Assembly (NCBI RefSeq): GCF_032444005.1
Contig: NC_091283.1
Coordinates: forward strand, 825,406,001 to 825,470,000
Source of the DNA: Ranitomeya imitator
Taxonomy: Eukaryota
Reading direction: 5' to 3'
DNA length: 64,000 bases
Shown: positions 60,976-64,000 of the stretch, in pieces
How the letters are laid out: every line of letters begins with the position of its first letter
Numbering within the stretch: the stretch's first letter is position 1
The notes under the pieces: generated by a model
What the model was told of the DNA's origin: nothing
Databases searched by the model: none
Seen by the model: the letters and a program-made list of their open reading frames with translations, nothing else
Position numbers and translations under genes: made by a program

Positions 60976-63900
60976 TTAATCAGGCAGAGGAGTGGCAAAT
61001 TCCTGCGAGATCCAGGCCTGGTTCATTTTCAGGAAAGTAAGCCGGTCAACGTTATCGGAGGATAGTCGCATGCGACGGTCTGTTAGTACACCACCTGCGG
61101 CACTAAAGACACGTTCCGATAAGACACTAGCCGCAGGGCAAGCCAGCACCTCCAATGCATACTGGCTTAGCTCTGGCCATGTATCCAGCTTAGAGACCCA
61201 AAACTTGAACGGGGAAGAGCCGTCTGGGAGTACAGTAAGAGGGCAAGCCATGTAGTCTGTCACCATCTGACGGAACCGTTGCCTCCTGCTGACTGGAGCC
61301 GCCGGTGATGGTGTAGACATTTGGGGCGGGCACACAAAAGTGTGCCAGAGTTGTGCCATACTGGGCTTGCCTTGGGCAGAGGCACTGCTTCTGCTCCCTC
61401 TTTGGGCAGAGCCTCCCCCACTGCCTCGACGCACTGAGCTGCTTTGTAAAGCACTAGCAGCACTCCTCTCAGTTGGACAGGAGAAGATGATGGAATTCAC
61501 CAGTGTGTCGTGGTACTCCCGCAATTTACGCTCCCGGGTCAACGCAGGGATGAGGTTTTGGACGTTGTCCCGGTAGCGAGGATCGAGGAGGGTGAACACC
61601 CAATAATCAGGCATGTTGAGAATGTGGTCGATGCGGCGGTCGTTTCTCAGGCACTGCAGCATGAAATCCACCATGTGCTGCAGAGTGCCAACCGGCCCAG
61701 AAACGCTGTCCCCTGCTTGAGACATGATCTCTGCCCGCTCGTCATCACCCCACCCTCGCTGTACACACTGACCACTGGACAATTGTGTCGCTCCCTCCTC
61801 TGGACGGAGCTCTTCCTCCTCCATTGACTCCTCCTCATCCTCCTCACAAATTGGCCCCTGCGTACCCCTTTGTGAGGAACCACGTGGCGCTGACTCTCCA
61901 GAAGCTGATGGAAAAGGTGACTCCTCATCCTCCACCTCTTCCACCACATCATCCCTTAACCCTTGCAAAGTTTGCTGAAGCAGGCAGATAAGGGGGACAG
62001 TCATGCTGACTAGTGCATCATCTGCACTTGCCATCCGCGTGGAATAATCAAAAGGACGCAAAACCTGGCAGACGTCCTTCATAGTGGCCCACTCTGTGGT
62101 TGTGAAGTCTGATCGGCGCTGACTGCGACTTCTTTGCGCCTGATGCAGCTGGTACTCCATAACTGCTTGCTGCTGCTCACACAACCGCTCCAACATATGT
62201 AACGTGGAATTCCACCGGGTAGGTAGGTCACATATGATGCGGTGTTCCGGAAGGCGGAATCGGCGCTGCAGAGCAGCAATGCGGGATCTGGCCAAGCTGG
62301 AACGCCGCAAGTGAGCACACTCTAGGCGGACCTTGTGCAGCAGGGCATCAAGATCCGGATAGTCCCTCAGAAAACTCTGCACAACCAAATTGAGCACATG
62401 TGCCAGACATGGGATGTGAGTGAGGTTGCCAAGGGCCAAAGCTGCCACCAGATTTCGGCCATTGTCACACACTACCATGCCTGGCTGGAGATTCGCTGGC
62501 AGTAACCACACATCGCTCTCCTGCTTTATGGCATTCCAGAGCTCCTGCGCTGTGTGGCTTCGATGCCCCAATGAAACTAGTTTCAAGACGGCCTGCTGAC
62601 GTTTGGCCACGGCTGTGCTCATGTCGGTCATAGGTAAACGTTCACGGGTCCATGTGGGGGTGGACTGTGACGGATCCTGCAGAGAGGAATCAGAGGAACT
62701 GGTGTAAGAGGAGGAGTCGATGCGTACAGACTGGATTCCTGCAATCCTTGGAGTGGGCAGGACACGTCCTGCGCCACTCGCACGATCTGTACCTGGCTCA
62801 ACAACATTAACCCAATGGGCAGTGAGGGAAACATATCGCCCCTGTCCATGCTGACTGGTCCACGCATCGGTGGTGAGGTGGACCTTGCTACTGACGGCGT
62901 TCAGTAGCGCATGTTTTATGTTTGCCTCAACATGCCTGTGCAGGGCAGGGACAGCCTGCCTGCTGAAGTAAAAGCGGCTGGGCACCTTGTACTGTGGGAC
63001 TGCCAATGCCATCAAGTCACGGAAGCTGTCAGTCTCCACCAGCCTGAACGAGAGCATTTCCAGGGACAACAGTTTGGCAATGCCTGCATTCAGAGCCTGT
63101 GCTCGGGGGTGGTTGGCCGAGAATGCCCGCCTTTTCTCCCATGCCTGTACTACCGATGGCTGTAGAGTAGACTGGGAGTGTGAGGATGACTGGGAAGGTG
63201 GTGCTGTGGGTGGAATTACACAAGGTCTCTGGGAGGAAGCCAAACCAGCTGTGCGTGAGCTGGAGGAAGAGGCAACACGAGCTGAAGAGGTGGTAGCTGC
63301 CGCTGTTGGTTGGCCTACATCTTCAGTGTGTTTCTGTAACTCCACCGCGTGCCTGGTCCGCACATGTTTCCACATATTTGTGGTATTGAGGTTGCTGACA
63401 TTTTTCCCTCTTTTTACTTTATGATGACACAGCTTGCATTTGACAAAACAAATGTCATCTGCAACTGTGTCAAAAAAGGACCAGGCACTGCAAGTCTTGG
63501 GAGCGCCCTTTTTGGCTTTGGAAAGAGACAGGCTCCTAACGGGTGCCAAAGTGGAGGCTACAGGCTCCGCAGTCTTCCCCCTCCCTCTCCCTCTTTGGCC
63601 CGTAAGAGGAAGCTCTTCCTCTGAGCTGCTCCCACCACCTTCCTGTTCCTCACGCCACGATGGGTCAAGGACCTCATCATCTCCACTACCCTCTGCCACC
63701 AACTGCTCCTCCTGGGTAGTCTCAGCAGCACAGTACGCACGAGAAAGCGGCACCTGAGTTTCATCATCAGATGCGTACTGCGCTGTGGTCACCGGAGGCA
63801 CTGGCCCACCTGCCTCTTCAGAGTCAGAGAGAAAAAGGTGTTGGGCATCACTGCACACTGCCTCTTCTTCCATTTCTCCAATGCTGCTTGGCTGGCCCCC

Positions 63901-64000
63901 TGTTTCCAAGCCAAGAGATTCAGAGAACAGAAGTAGAGACGGCTCCTGTCCTGGGCTCTCTGACTGCCTGGCCAATTTGGCAGGTGGTGAAGAGACAGAT
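60976..64000 (-). CDS. hAT transposase (BED finger, DDE, C-terminal dimerisation domain), ZBED4/ZBED6-like, 5' incomplete
   Basis: Stop-free for >1000 codons, and the frame stays open to the window edge. BED finger AWSFF...CKLC...TTNMWKHVRTRH. Catalytic motifs TTDAWT, VCDNG, CLAH, PTRWNST and SVLSERVFS. Confidence 0.95.
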   Translation of the reverse strand, partial: SVSSPPAKLARQSESPGQEPSLLLFSESLGLETGGQPSSIGEMEEEAVCSDAQHLFLSDSEEAGGPVPPVTTAQYASDDETQVPLSRAYCAAETTQEEQLVAEGSGDDEVLDPSWREEQEGGGSSSEEELPLTGQRGRGRGKTAEPVASTLAPVRSLSLSKAKKGAPKTCSAWSFFDTVADDICFVKCKLCHHKVKRGKNVSNLNTTNMWKHVRTRHAVELQKHTEDVGQPTAAATTSSARVASSSSSRTAGLASSQRPCVIPPTAPPSQSSSHSQSTLQPSVVQAWEKRRAFSANHPRAQALNAGIAKLLSLEMLSFRLVETDSFRDLMALAVPQYKVPSRFYFSRQAVPALHRHVEANIKHALLNAVSSKVHLTTDAWTSQHGQGRYVSLTAHWVNVVEPGTDRASGAGRVLPTPRIAGIQSVRIDSSSYTSSSDSSLQDPSQSTPTWTRERLPMTDMSTAVAKRQQAVLKLVSLGHRSHTAQELWNAIKQESDVWLLPANLQPGMVVCDNGRNLVAALALGNLTHIPCLAHVLNLVVQSFLRDYPDLDALLHKVRLECAHLRRSSLARSRIAALQRRFRLPEHRIICDLPTRWNSTLHMLERLCEQQQAVMEYQLHQAQRSRSQRRSDFTTTEWATMKDVCQVLRPFDYSTRMASADDALVSMTVPLICLLQQTLQGLRDDVVEEVEDEESPFPSASGESAPRGSSQRGTQGPICEEDEEESMEEEELRPEEGATQLSSGQCVQRGWGDDERAEIMSQAGDSVSGPVGTLQHMVDFMLQCLRNDRRIDHILNMPDYWVFTLLDPRYRDNVQNLIPALTRERKLREYHDTLVNSIIFSCPTERSAASALQSSSVRRGSGGGSAQRGSRSSASAQGKPSMAQLWHTFVCPPQMSTPSPAAPVSRRQRFRQMVTDYMACPLTVLPDGSSPFKFWVSKLDTWPELSQYALEVLACPAASVLSERVFSAAGGVLTDRRMRLSSDNVDRLTFLKMNQAWISQEFATPLPD

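Larger units (their letters stand above)
42193..64000 (-). mobile_element. Giant hAT DNA transposon (>21.8 kb), other end outside the window
   Basis: TIR TAGTGTTGAGCG is 11/12 identical to the TSD-verified hAT MITE at 37476. Subterminal TATCGG repeats. One CAGCTG-core motif runs continuously from 43296 to 60910, just past the transposase stop. Continuity of the element is inferred because only one end is visible. Confidence 0.8.

Noticed and set aside
1-64000. tRNA, rRNA or prokaryotic/viral genes
   Set aside because: None recognised.

Overview
Vertebrate genomic DNA, repeat-rich, with two N gaps. The transposon repertoire points to a frog, probably a large-genome neobatrachian, but the species cannot be fixed from sequence. 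The only host coding sequence I can support is one 137-nt exon of crtac1 (40344-40480, + strand), so the window appears to be two very long crtac1 introns. The upstream intron holds hAT, Kolobok/T2-type and Harbinger MITEs, two Tc1 elements, L2 and Gypsy-type LTR relics, a 7-kb 18-bp minisatellite, and Penelope-type inserts with hammerhead ribozyme folds. A CR1 relic lies just after the exon. From 42193 to the window end lies what appears to be one giant (>21.8 kb) hAT transposon antisense to crtac1. It has a TIR at 42193 and an uninterrupted BED-finger/DDE transposase ORF (60976 to the edge). Its 18.8-kb 3' region is built from nested arrays: a phased ~24-bp CAGCTG-core motif every 66-72 bp in one orientation, a 535-bp array, and eight ~0.9-kb foldback cassettes with Kolobok-MITE-like ends whose central loop occurs in two orientations. 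All coordinates, counts and alignments were read by eye; no database search was run.
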